A stretch of 64,000 bases of DNA from Verrucomicrobiia bacterium. GTDB lineage: Bacteria; Verrucomicrobiota; Verrucomicrobiia; Limisphaerales; UBA1319. The DNA lies in NCBI GenBank assembly GCA_963664225.1, contig OY760937.1, positions 4,480,001 to 4,544,000 of the forward strand. The letters are read 5' to 3'. Each line of letters starts with the position of its first letter. The stretch's first letter is position 1. The position numbers and the translations under genes were made by a program. This document shows, piece by piece, positions 28,480-38,512 of the stretch. The notes under the pieces were generated by a model. It was not told the DNA's origin. It saw nothing but the letters and a program-made list of their open reading frames with translations, and made no database searches.

Positions 28480-29445
28480 ATGAATCGCCGTGAATTTATC
28501 CAAAGCGTTGCGGCTGGACTGGCCGTTGCACCCCTGCTGACCTCTGCCGCACCCGTTGGCATCCCCACACGCTCGCTGGGCCGCACCGGCATCAAAGTTC
28601 CCATTATTGGCTTCGGCTCCGGGAGCCGTTTCCTGATGTATCAAAAGGACGAAGACGCCTGGGAGGCGCTCAACCGGGCCATCGACCTGGGCATAACTTA
28701 CATCGACACCGCGCATGCCTATGGGAATGGCAAGAGCGAGGAGCGCGTTGGACATGTGATGGCCACGCGGCGCAAGGAAGTGGTTCTGGCCACGAAAATT
28801 CCCGGGCGCACGGCGGACCAGGCCCGGCGGCAAATTGAGCTGAGCCTGAAGCGTCTTCAAACCGACCATCTGGATGTGCTGCATATTCACGACCTGAAAG
28901 GCGATAAAGACATTGAGGCCATTGAGGCGCGCGGCGGTGTGCTCGAGGCGTTGCATGAGGCCCGTGATCAGAAAATCACCCGCGCCATTGGGATCACCTG
29001 TCACGCCAATCCCGCCGGTCTGAAGACCATGCTCGAACGCCATGATTTCGATTGCACACAGATGGCCTTGAATGCGGGATTGGCCCGCATGGCGGATCTT
29101 CCGGGCGGCATGAAGGCGACACTGGCCGGGGAGGGAAGTTTCGAGCGACTCGCCTTGCCGGTGGCCACGCGAAAGCACATGGGTGTCATCGCCATGAAAG
29201 TATTCGGTCAGGAGCAACTCCTGGGGGCGGCATCGGTGGAAAACCTGCTGGCGTATGTGCTTTCCCTGCCGATCAGCCTTGCGAGCCTGGGCATGCCCCG
29301 ATTGGAGCATATCGAGAAAAACGCCTCCCTTGCATGCACCAGCAAACGCATGTCCGGCAGCCAGCGTCGGAAGCTTTCGGAAACCATCGAATCAGAGAAA
29401 AAGCTGGCCATGATGCGCTTCTTTGAGGCCCATCAGGATTGCTGA
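28480..29445 (+). CDS. Tat-signal aldo/keto reductase
   Basis: MNRREF; RSLGRTG, IDTAHAYGNGKSEERVG, VVLATK, SLKRLQTDHLDVLHIH, GVIAMK. Confidence 0.9.
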   Translation: MNRREFIQSVAAGLAVAPLLTSAAPVGIPTRSLGRTGIKVPIIGFGSGSRFLMYQKDEDAWEALNRAIDLGITYIDTAHAYGNGKSEERVGHVMATRRKEVVLATKIPGRTADQARRQIELSLKRLQTDHLDVLHIHDLKGDKDIEAIEARGGVLEALHEARDQKITRAIGITCHANPAGLKTMLERHDFDCTQMALNAGLARMADLPGGMKATLAGEGSFERLALPVATRKHMGVIAMKVFGQEQLLGAASVENLLAYVLSLPISLASLGMPRLEHIEKNASLACTSKRMSGSQRRKLSETIESEKKLAMMRFFEAHQDC

Positions 29446-29670
29446 TCGTACTCTGCTGAATTTGGCAAATTGGTTAATGTGCCAGAGCTAAAGGGCCAAA
29501 CTCGATGCGGCCCTGTTCGCTTGGAAATGACCTTGATCCTGAAACAGAACAGGCACCCGGCTGACTGTTGAAAGGATTGGTCAAGTGCTTCCTGAGGCGC
29601 GCTTTTCGTCCACGAATTGCACTTGCCATGTGCGTCATGGCCCGATTCAATCAACGGACCCATCCAACAA

Positions 29671-30975
29671 ATGACTGCCGAATCGAGTTTTGAAGCCAGG
29701 ACCTATGCCAAAGTCGATTGGCGCCTGATTCCGTTTCTGTTCCTTTGTTACATCCTGGCTTATCTGGACCGGGTGAACATCGGATTCGCCAAGCTGCAAA
29801 TGCTCAAGGATCTCGAATTGAGCGATGCGGCGTTTGCCACGGGCGCGGGGATTTTCTTCATCGGATATTTTGTTTTCGAGGTTCCGAGCAACGTGCTTTT
29901 GAGACGATTTGGCGCCCGAACATGGATAGCCCGGATCATGATTTCCTGGGGGATCATCTCCTCGGCGATGATGTTTGTGCGCGGCGAGACCGCCTTTTAC
30001 GCCATGCGCATGCTGCTCGGATTTGCGGAGGCGGGCTTTTTCCCGGGAATCATTTTTTATCTGACGTTGTGGTATCCTTCCCGGTTGCGCTCGACCCGGA
30101 CGGCGCTCTTTGTTTCGGCCATCGCCGTTTCAGGCGTGCTGGGCAATCCCATTTCGGGGCTGATCATGGACAAGCTTTCGGGAACAGCGGGGCTGGCTGG
30201 CTGGCAATGGCTGTTCCTGGCCGAGGGCATTCCCTCGATCCTCGTGGGAATCTGTGTCTTGTTCTATCTGGATAGCAGCATTGTGGAAGCCAGATGGTTG
30301 AGCGCGGATGAAAAGGCGCTGCTGGCCAAAAACCTCGAGATCGAAGATCGCCATAAGGACCAGGTCCGGTTGTTGGACGCCTTGAAGTCAGGAAAAGTTT
30401 ACGCCCTGGCGGCCATTTATTTCACGCTGATGATCGGGCTTTATGGTATTTCATTCTGGCTTCCGACACTGGTCAAGGCCTTTGGCGTGAAGGGCTATCT
30501 GAATACCGGCCTGATCATCGCCATTCCTTACGCGGTGGCGGTGGTGGGGATGATCCTCTTGAGCCGCAATTCCGACCGAACTGGAGAGCGGCGGATGCAT
30601 TACGTTCTTAACGTGACCGCCGGTGGGATCGGGCTGATTCTCAGCGGCGTTTTTGCGGCACAGCCAGTTCTGGCCATTATTTTTCTGTCGATGGGAACGT
30701 TGGGAGTGGTTGGTTCCATGCCATTGTTCTGGCCTGTGCCTTCCACGTTCCTTGCCGGAACTGCAGCGGCGGCGGGCATTGGGGTGGTTAATTCCGTTGG
30801 CAACCTTGGTGGCTACATCGGTCCGAACGTTCCCATCTGGGTCAGGCATTGGACGTCTGATCCTTCGGGAGCTCTCTACGTCTTTGCGGTATCGCTCTTT
30901 GTGGGGGCTGCCATGGCCTATTTTGTTTTTCCCCGGAGTCCTGGGATTCAATCCAGCCGAGCCGAGCCGGAATGA
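29671..30975 (+). CDS. MFS transporter, anion:cation symporter family (tartrate/phthalate permease-like)
   Basis: AYLDRVNIGFA, FEVPSN, RMLLGFAEAGFFPG, GWQWLFLAEGIP; about 12 TM segments. Confidence 0.92.
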   Translation: MTAESSFEARTYAKVDWRLIPFLFLCYILAYLDRVNIGFAKLQMLKDLELSDAAFATGAGIFFIGYFVFEVPSNVLLRRFGARTWIARIMISWGIISSAMMFVRGETAFYAMRMLLGFAEAGFFPGIIFYLTLWYPSRLRSTRTALFVSAIAVSGVLGNPISGLIMDKLSGTAGLAGWQWLFLAEGIPSILVGICVLFYLDSSIVEARWLSADEKALLAKNLEIEDRHKDQVRLLDALKSGKVYALAAIYFTLMIGLYGISFWLPTLVKAFGVKGYLNTGLIIAIPYAVAVVGMILLSRNSDRTGERRMHYVLNVTAGGIGLILSGVFAAQPVLAIIFLSMGTLGVVGSMPLFWPVPSTFLAGTAAAAGIGVVNSVGNLGGYIGPNVPIWVRHWTSDPSGALYVFAVSLFVGAAMAYFVFPRSPGIQSSRAEPE

Positions 30976-30979
30976 TTTT

Positions 30980-32347
30980 ATGCAATGGATGTTGATTATA
31001 CTTGGGTTGTCCCTGTCACCACTTTTCGCACAGGAGCATGTTCCGGCGAGGGTGGGGGACAGGGAAAAACAAGCGGTGACTGAGGTTAAATCCGGCACGA
31101 TAAATCGCGCCGCTCCATTGACGCGAGATGATGTGCTGTCGATCAAGGACGGGCGGTTCTTCCTGGACGGGAAGCCCTTTGCCGAAATCAGTTTCAACAA
31201 GTTCGACCTGTTGTGGCAGTTGTATGATTAGTTGGCCGCAGGCCAGAAACTGGATGACACGAACCTGATGGTTAAGGCTCAGGACAAGGCCTTGCGCAAT
31301 CTTCACGAATTGGGATTCCAATCCATCCGTATCTTTGCCCTGCCATGGGGCCCGGAGGGTCCGGGGTCTTATGCTGATCCGGCGAAGCGCAAGAACCTCT
31401 ACGCCGCCCTCGACAAGACACTGGAACTGTGCGACGCGCACGACATCCGCGTCGTCTGGTCCCTGGGTGTCCTAACCTTTACCGACACGAAACTGGAGCC
31501 TGGCAAGGGCTGGGTGTTTGGCGAGGAACAGGAGCGCGAACTGGTCTCCAACCCGGAATCCCGCAGCCGCAAGTTTCTCTATCGCTATATCGATGAAACT
31601 GTGGCGCGTTACAAACAGCGCAAAGCCGTGCTGATGTGGGAACTCTCCAACGAAATCACGCTGGATGCGGACATCGGCGATGGCAACCGCGTTTACGAAG
31701 GACAACGCATGCCCACGCTCAAGGACGTTGCCGGGTTCTTTGACGATGTCGCCAGGCGAATCAAGTCTTCCGATCCCCTGCGCCTGGTCAACAGCGGCGG
31801 CTCGAACATGCGCGAAAGCCAGTGGCATCTTTACCTCGGTCAGGGCTGGAAAAAGGACACTTTTGAGGAGCAATTTAAATGCTTCGAGCTGCTCTATGCG
31901 AAATCCGCCATCGACATCATAGATATCCATTCGTATCCAAACACCAAGCCCGGCTACGCCATCCTGGGCGAGGACGGCAAGGAAATGTGGTTGGACAACA
32001 AGGGTTACATGACCTTTGCCAAGCGCCTGGGTAAACCGCTCATGATCGGTGAGCTTGGTTTGCAGGCCAAACCGAGGACGGACAAGAAACTCTGGGAGGA
32101 GACACCGAATTACTTCGAGAGTTACGACGATACGGCCGCCGCCAGGCCCTGGGTCATGAAGACGCTCAAGGACGTGATCGATGCCGAAGTGCCGCTGACC
32201 TACTGGTGGTGCTACCAATCGGACCGTTCCGACGACCAGAACAACCGCCAGCGGTTCGACATCGATCGTGATCGCAATCCGGAGCTCATGGCCCTTTTCG
32301 TGGAGGCCAACAAGCGCCTGAAGGCAAAAATCTTTTCAAAGCCTTGA
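30980..32347 (+). pseudogene. Secreted clan-A (GH5-like) glycoside hydrolase interrupted by one in-frame TAG at 31229-31231
   Basis: Track ORFs ending 31231 and starting 31232 share a frame; signal peptide from ATG 30980; WELSNE (acid/base), DIHSY, MIGELG (nucleophile). Confidence 0.75.
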
Positions 32348-32687
32348 AAAGCCGGAATTTCAGAATAATTCAATATTGGATGCGGAATGGCTGGAGTGTG
32401 GATTTTTGCCTGGGACGAGGAATTGCAGTGGAACGATATTAAATCTGGAATGGCTTATGGAAACGGTTGAAGGAGCCAGCAGAGTTTGAAGGTTTGAAGT
32501 TTGTGCATGTGGATATTCTGGTGGTTTAACAGAGCTTGGGAACCGGTCAAAACGCAAACGCGCCCAGCGATGGTGGCGTTGGTCTAATCAATCTGATCGT
32601 AATTAATGGTTTGTATGTTGGAGCCGAATGGGCCATTCTGCCGCAAGGTGGTTCGTTGATTCGATGTTCGGAGATAGTCATGCGTTT

Positions 32688-33026
32688 ATGAATACAGAAC
32701 AAGAGTCCCTTGCGCCAATTGTTGAAAAATCAAATGCCCCAGCCACGGTTGCCGATGAGCTAACCCGCGTCAAAATCTTTCTGGGCATTCAGGCGTTCTT
32801 CCTCGTCATTTCCGTGTTTACGGGCGGCTTCAATTTTAAGTTGTGGTCGATGCTCGACACGGCGCTAATGATCCAATCGATTGGAGTCACGGCCCTCGTC
32901 ATCGTTCTTGAAGATGCCAGGCACCGGAGGATTGCATTCAAGGCGGCCATTGTTCTTTACTTGCTCGCAATTCTTGATATGGGAATAAACGTATGCATCT
33001 CAGGTGTGGTTGGATGGAAATCCTAA
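32688..33026 (+). CDS. Small hypothetical membrane protein
   Basis: Three hydrophobic segments; start chosen at ATG 32688. Confidence 0.55.
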   Translation: MNTEQESLAPIVEKSNAPATVADELTRVKIFLGIQAFFLVISVFTGGFNFKLWSMLDTALMIQSIGVTALVIVLEDARHRRIAFKAAIVLYLLAILDMGINVCISGVVGWKS

Positions 33027-33096
33027 TCTGCATGGCTCGAACTCCGAACCTGATCGGTTTCATTACATCAGTTTGAGCACAACCGAATGTCCCACT

Positions 33097-33489
33097 ATGG
33101 CAACATTTAAGTCACCTCTTTTAAACGGACTCAAAGACATCACCATGGAGGAATGGTGGAAGGATCCTTACATTGTGGTCGATGCCCTGGAACGCAAACT
33201 CGATGGACTCCCGGTCAATCGAAAAGCAAATCCGGTGCTGGATGTGGAGATTCACCAAGCGCTGCGACTCCTGCGTGCAATCGCCAGCCGGAGTTACGGC
33301 CAGATTTCGATGCTGGCGGTGCTCGATCTGCTGCTGGCGATCGATTATTTTCTGGTTCTCCAAGACAAGCACCACGACAGCCATGACAGTGGCTATGATG
33401 ATGATGAGGAGGCGTTGCAGAATGTATTCAAGAAGCACGAGGTCGAGATCGACAATTTCCGTGTTTGGTTCAACCAGCAGCGAAAATAA
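33097..33489 (+). CDS. Hypothetical protein, divergent YkvA/DUF1232-like
   Basis: LLAIDYFLVLQDKHHDSHDSGYDDD...EIDNFRVW parallels the DUF1232 pattern AL.Y..P.D.IPD....GY.DD. Confidence 0.5.
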   Translation: MATFKSPLLNGLKDITMEEWWKDPYIVVDALERKLDGLPVNRKANPVLDVEIHQALRLLRAIASRSYGQISMLAVLDLLLAIDYFLVLQDKHHDSHDSGYDDDEEALQNVFKKHEVEIDNFRVWFNQQRK

Positions 33490-33517
33490 CACACGCAAGA
33501 ATCGAGCGGCTCGAATT

Positions 33518-35902
33518 ATGTCCTCCTTTTCAACCCGGCGCAAATTTTTGAAAACTGTTACGGCCATGGGAGCCTCGCTGCCCATTATGGCCCATTCCGG
33601 ATGGGCCGCATCCGACACGGTCAAGGCTTCGAGCCAAATCGAGAACGAATACTTCTCTTTGGTGTTTGATGCGTCCACCGGACGGTTGAGCTCCTGGCGA
33701 AAAGGGAGCGGCAGGCTTCTGGATGGGGTGGTCGCACGCGCCAATCTGAAGAGCGGACGGCGCAGCACTAGCGAGTCGGCCTATCGCCATGCGGTCGAAA
33801 CGGTCCAAGTGAAAGATCAGCTCGGCGTTGGTCAGCAATTAGTGGTTCACTGCGTCGATTCCAAGCAGCAATTGAATTTTGTGCTGCGCCACACTCTCTA
33901 TGAACGGCGGGACGCCATCCTGATCGAGGCCGAATGCCAGAATGTGTCCTCCGCGCCGTTGGTTTTGCTGAGCCTGGAGCCACTTTGTGCGATTCGGGAA
34001 GAGCAGGGCGGGCTTTATTGGCTGGGGGTGACCAAGGTTTTGACCAATGGCCCGATGTATTATGACCCAGGCGTGGTGGCGGACTTTGCAAAGATTGATC
34101 CAAAGGGCTTGCGGAGCTGGTGGAATGTCGGTTTCTTCCGCGGTTACGATCATTCTGGCCTTGTGTGCGGGTACGTGGAGAACAAGGTTGCGCTTGGTCA
34201 GTTGATGGTCCGTCCGGAATCCCAAGGTTCCATTTCATTGATCGCCGAATCGGTGTTTGCGAAGGAATTTGTGCTGGCCGCAGGTCAGAAGATCACCTCC
34301 AACCGACTCATGGTTAATGCCGCTCCTGATCCCTACCTCGCCCTGGAGAATTATGCCCAGGCGATGGGCGACGTGGGGCAGGCCCGTCTGCATTCGATCC
34401 TCAACGGTTGGTGCGACTGGCCTTATGCCTTCGAAGGGATCACTGAGGATGAAATGATCGCCAACGCCGAGTTTGCCGCTCGCGTTCTCAAACCTTATGG
34501 CTTCGAATACATTCAGGTCGATGAGGGTTTCCAACGGTGGCATGGAGATTGGGAGGGGAACGCCAAGTTCCCGCACGGAATGAAATGGCTGGCCGACCGC
34601 ATCCGGGCGCTCGGCCTCAAACCCGGCATCTGGCTGGCACCTTATGTCATTTCCGAACCGTCCCAGGTTTATCAGGAACATCCGGAGTGGATGCTGCGGG
34701 AACCGGATGGCAAGCTAAAGGAAGTGCTGTCCGGCGCCGGGAACACGAAACGTTTCGCGCTCGATATCACCCATCCCGGTGCGGCCGAGTGGCTCTACAA
34801 CCTCTTCGACACTGTTGCGAACAAATGGGGTTACGAATTGATCAAAATCGATTTTGTGGACTGGTCGCTGCTCTCTGCTGAGCGATACCACGATCCCAAC
34901 GTGAGCCGCGCGCAGGCCTATCGAAAAGGCGTTGAAATCATGCGCCGAGCCATCGGACCCCGATGCCACCTGCTAGACTGCGGTCCGGGTCCGGTCTCTG
35001 TGGGCATGCTCGATAGCATGAGGATCGAACTGGACCAGCCGCCGGTGAACTGGAACCAGTATTTCCTGCAATCCGCCAGCACCGCTCCCGCCGCCGCCAA
35101 GCGCTATTACTTTCACAAACGAACCTGGATCAACGATGCCGACCATGTGTGTCTCGGGCTGTTGACGATTCCGCAGGCGCAGGCCGCCACCAGCCTGATC
35201 GCCCTGACAGGAGGCAATCTGATGGCGGGTGATCGGCTGCCAGACCTTGATGTCGCCCGGTTGGACATTTTAAAGAAAATATTTCCCTCTTACGGTGAAG
35301 CGGCGCGTCCGGTGGACTTGTTCGACTCGGATCGCCCATCCATCTTCGCGCTCAAGATTCAAAAGCCTTTTGGCACCTGGACCGTGGCGGGCTTCTTCAA
35401 CGCAAGCGAGACCGAATCCGTGGAACGGACGATTCCATTGAGCCGTCTTTGGCTTGATCCGGGCAAAACTCACCTTGCTTTCGACTTTTGGCAGCAGCGT
35501 TTGCTGGGGGAATTTACCGGCGAACTGCGGGTTAAGGTGGCTCCCGCCAGCGTCACACTCCTGGCGCTGCATGAAAAACAAGGTATTCCCCAGGTGCTCT
35601 CGACAGATCGGCATGTCCTGCAAGGGGCTTTGGAATTGGAAAATGTGGTCTGGAATGCCCCGGCCAAGATCCTGGAGGGTGTTTCCCTGGGGCCGGAACA
35701 AACGGCTCATAACGTCTCCGTTTATATCCCGGAAGCTCACCCCTGGTTTCAAGGCGGACCATTCCTCTTCCACGATTTCCCAGGTTACACCGTGAAAATG
35801 ATGGACGAACATATCCTCCGCATCCGTGTCCGCTTTGACAACACGAAGCGCGTTCCGTGGCGAGTCGATCTTAATCAGTTGTTCGCGAAACGAGAAGCGT
35901 GA
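33518..35902 (+). CDS. Tat-exported alpha-galactosidase (GH36/GH27 clan D)
   Basis: TRRKFL; GWCDW, YIQVDEGFQ, KFPHGM, KPGIWLAPY, LDITHP, IKIDF, MRIELD, WINDAD. The upstream extension in the ORF track overlaps another gene and is not used. Confidence 0.88.
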   Translation: MSSFSTRRKFLKTVTAMGASLPIMAHSGWAASDTVKASSQIENEYFSLVFDASTGRLSSWRKGSGRLLDGVVARANLKSGRRSTSESAYRHAVETVQVKDQLGVGQQLVVHCVDSKQQLNFVLRHTLYERRDAILIEAECQNVSSAPLVLLSLEPLCAIREEQGGLYWLGVTKVLTNGPMYYDPGVVADFAKIDPKGLRSWWNVGFFRGYDHSGLVCGYVENKVALGQLMVRPESQGSISLIAESVFAKEFVLAAGQKITSNRLMVNAAPDPYLALENYAQAMGDVGQARLHSILNGWCDWPYAFEGITEDEMIANAEFAARVLKPYGFEYIQVDEGFQRWHGDWEGNAKFPHGMKWLADRIRALGLKPGIWLAPYVISEPSQVYQEHPEWMLREPDGKLKEVLSGAGNTKRFALDITHPGAAEWLYNLFDTVANKWGYELIKIDFVDWSLLSAERYHDPNVSRAQAYRKGVEIMRRAIGPRCHLLDCGPGPVSVGMLDSMRIELDQPPVNWNQYFLQSASTAPAAAKRYYFHKRTWINDADHVCLGLLTIPQAQAATSLIALTGGNLMAGDRLPDLDVARLDILKKIFPSYGEAARPVDLFDSDRPSIFALKIQKPFGTWTVAGFFNASETESVERTIPLSRLWLDPGKTHLAFDFWQQRLLGEFTGELRVKVAPASVTLLALHEKQGIPQVLSTDRHVLQGALELENVVWNAPAKILEGVSLGPEQTAHNVSVYIPEAHPWFQGGPFLFHDFPGYTVKMMDEHILRIRVRFDNTKRVPWRVDLNQLFAKREA

Positions 35903-36043
35903 GGAGCCACGAATGCTCCAGGTTCCGACGCACGGGCGGCTAAAGGAAACGCACAACGATATTGATGCGTTCGTTCAACCAACGGCTATTACTGTCGATA
36001 TCCCAAGTCAAAAACGAAACGAAAACATGGGATTGCCAAGCCT

Positions 36044-37252
36044 TCAATGGTGCCGCTTCACCAGAGCGGCCAATCGGGCAATGCCTGACTCGATGGCCTC
36101 AGGACGCGCATTGGAAAAATTCAAGCGCAACGTGCTGGCACCCTCGCCATTGAGGTGAAATTCCTCTCCAGGAACAAAAGCGACCTTTTGCTCCAAGGCA
36201 TGAGGCAGGAGGTGGGTCGCATTGATTTCCGGCGGGAGAGTCATCAGAAGGAACATCCCCCCTTGCGGCTGGGTCCAGGTAGCCAGCCCCGAAAAATGCC
36301 GTTGCAACGATGCGATCATCACATCACGGCGCTGACGATAGGTGCGACAGAGCAGCGGCACGAATTCTTCCAAGAAGCCATTCTGGACTAATTCCCACAC
36401 GATATATTGGTTCAATGATCCGGTATGCAGGTCAGCGGCTTGTTTGGCTTGGACCAGTTTTTCGATGACCGGCCGGGCCGCAGCCACCCAACCCACCCGA
36501 AGACCTGGCATGAGAATCTTGGAAAAGCTCCCCACCCGGATTACCTGGCTCTCCAGACCGGTTCCGGGCTCGATCGCTGCATCCAATTCGAAGAGCGAGG
36601 GCAAGGACTCTCCATCGTAGCGCAACTGGCCATACGGATCGTCCTCAACGGCCACGACGTTATTGGCTTTGAGCCATGCGACCAATTCGTGGCGACGGCT
36701 ACGACTCAGAGTGGTGCCCTGGGGATTTTGAAAGTTGGGCACGAGATACAAAAGTTTGGGTCGTTTATTCAAAACCAGCTCATCCAAGCCGTCGAGACGC
36801 ATGCCAGACTGATCCGAACCGGCGCTGACAAATTCAACTCCCAATGGCCGCCAGGCCGAAAGCAGGGCAAGGTAGGTGGGATTCTCCACCAGAACACGGT
36901 CACCGGCATCCAACATCACCCGGCCAATCAGGTCCAAAGCCTGTTGGGCGCCACTGGTCACAAGCACATTTTCAGGATGAACAGAGAGGTGTGGACTGCT
37001 CAACCGGCGGGCAATCCATTCTCGCAAGCCAGCCAATCCCTCGGTTTCAGCGTATTGGAGGCTTTGGCCGCCCACACGCTTGAACACTGCCTCAACGGCC
37101 GCTTGAACCTGTGGTATTGGAAAGAGATCGGCAGCAGGCAACCCGCCGGCAAAGGAGATGATGTCCGGCCGGCTGGTCACTTTAAGTATCTCCCGCACAG
37201 CCGAGCGTTTCATCTGGGTTGTGCGGCGCGCAAAGCATTGGTTCCAATTCAT
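36044..37252 (-). CDS. PLP-dependent class I/II aminotransferase (2-aminoadipate transaminase/MocR-like)
   Basis: ISFAGGLP, TSGAQQALDL, PNFQNPQG, EDDPY, GSFSKILMPGLRVGW, LRLNFS. Confidence 0.92.
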   Translation of the reverse strand: MNWNQCFARRTTQMKRSAVREILKVTSRPDIISFAGGLPAADLFPIPQVQAAVEAVFKRVGGQSLQYAETEGLAGLREWIARRLSSPHLSVHPENVLVTSGAQQALDLIGRVMLDAGDRVLVENPTYLALLSAWRPLGVEFVSAGSDQSGMRLDGLDELVLNKRPKLLYLVPNFQNPQGTTLSRSRRHELVAWLKANNVVAVEDDPYGQLRYDGESLPSLFELDAAIEPGTGLESQVIRVGSFSKILMPGLRVGWVAAARPVIEKLVQAKQAADLHTGSLNQYIVWELVQNGFLEEFVPLLCRTYRQRRDVMIASLQRHFSGLATWTQPQGGMFLLMTLPPEINATHLLPHALEQKVAFVPGEEFHLNGEGASTLRLNFSNARPEAIESGIARLAALVKRHH

Positions 37253-37408
37253 ACGAGTTAACGGGATCCGCTTCGGCGCGGGCATTCTCAAACTTCAGCG
37301 ATTTGCCCGAATCGAATCAAGCGGCAGTCAAAAGATTACTGACGCCACCGCCAATGGGCCAATACTTCAATGTTCCAGTGGCAATGCCTTTCGGGTATGG
37401 TGTCGGGC

Positions 37409-38287
37409 ATGGAATTGCGGCATTTGCGTTATTTTGTCTGCGTGGCCGAGGAGTTGAATTTCACCCAGGCCGCCCGGAGGTTGCGTGTGGCCCAGCCTGC
37501 GTTGAGCCGCCAGGTGCGCCAGCTTGAAACTGAATTGGGAGTCCAACTTTTGGAACGGGATTCGCACGGGGTGCGTTTGACGGAGGCTGGGCGCGCATTT
37601 CGGATTGAAGCCAGCGCGATACTTGCACAAAGCGAACGGGCGGTACGGGTGGCCCGGCAAACCGGAAAACTCGACTCCAACCCATTACGTCTGGGGTATG
37701 TTTGGGGTTTGTTCCATTCGCTGGTTCCGCCATTGATCGAACAGTTCCGACGGCAAGCCCCCTTGACGCCGGTTCATCTGTTCGACCTGGCTCCGTCGGA
37801 ACAATCGCGGCAGCTTTTGGCCGGGGAGTTGGATGCCGGTTTTATCGGCTTCGCACAGGAGGCTGACGAGGCGGGTCTGCACAAACGCAAGATTACCTCC
37901 TGCGAATTCGTCGCGGCGCTGCCCAAAGGCCATCACGCCGCCCGCAAGTCAACAGTGGAACTAAGCAGCCTCGCGAACGATTTCTTCCTGGGCATCTCGG
38001 AGCAAACGTACCCAGATGCGTCACATCATGTGCAGGAAGCCTGCCGCCGGGCCGGTTTTCGCCCCAAGGTGCTCCAGATGGTCGAACGCGGCTTCACTAT
38101 TCTGGGCCTGGTGGCCGGGGGAGGCGGGGTGGCCATTCTGCCCAAGTCGCTCAAAGCCATGCCTCACTCTGGAGTCGTATTCAGGCCGCTGACCGATCCG
38201 CCGGTAGCGGATTTGTTCCTGGCGTGGAAAGTGCAAACACCGTCGCCGCTTCTTGAGGAGTTTCTCAAAGTGCTTCCCGCTGTATGA
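37409..38287 (+). CDS. LysR-family transcriptional regulator, divergent from the aminotransferase
   Basis: MELRHLRYFVCVAEELNFTQAARRLRVAQPALSRQVRQLE HTH. Confidence 0.95.
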   Translation: MELRHLRYFVCVAEELNFTQAARRLRVAQPALSRQVRQLETELGVQLLERDSHGVRLTEAGRAFRIEASAILAQSERAVRVARQTGKLDSNPLRLGYVWGLFHSLVPPLIEQFRRQAPLTPVHLFDLAPSEQSRQLLAGELDAGFIGFAQEADEAGLHKRKITSCEFVAALPKGHHAARKSTVELSSLANDFFLGISEQTYPDASHHVQEACRRAGFRPKVLQMVERGFTILGLVAGGGGVAILPKSLKAMPHSGVVFRPLTDPPVADLFLAWKVQTPSPLLEEFLKVLPAV

Positions 38288-38512
38288 ACCGTTGGGAATC
38301 GCGTCTGAGATCTAACGATTGGCGCATTCCAAAGAATTCCATGATGTGGAGGGACAACCCCAGACGCGCAGCAGCTTGCGACCAGCATGCGGCCTTGCCC
38401 AGCATCACCATGCGCCCGATCAACCAGGTGCAATAGTTTTCAAATTACCGAACCAAGCGATGTTGACGCTTTCCTTTTCCAAAGGAACCAGACGCCACTT
38501 GGGCGCTTACGC

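Noticed and set aside
33173..33517. 115-aa N-terminal extension of the GH36 ORF
   Set aside because: Overlaps the 33097-33489 gene in another frame; the Tat signal starts at ATG 33518.
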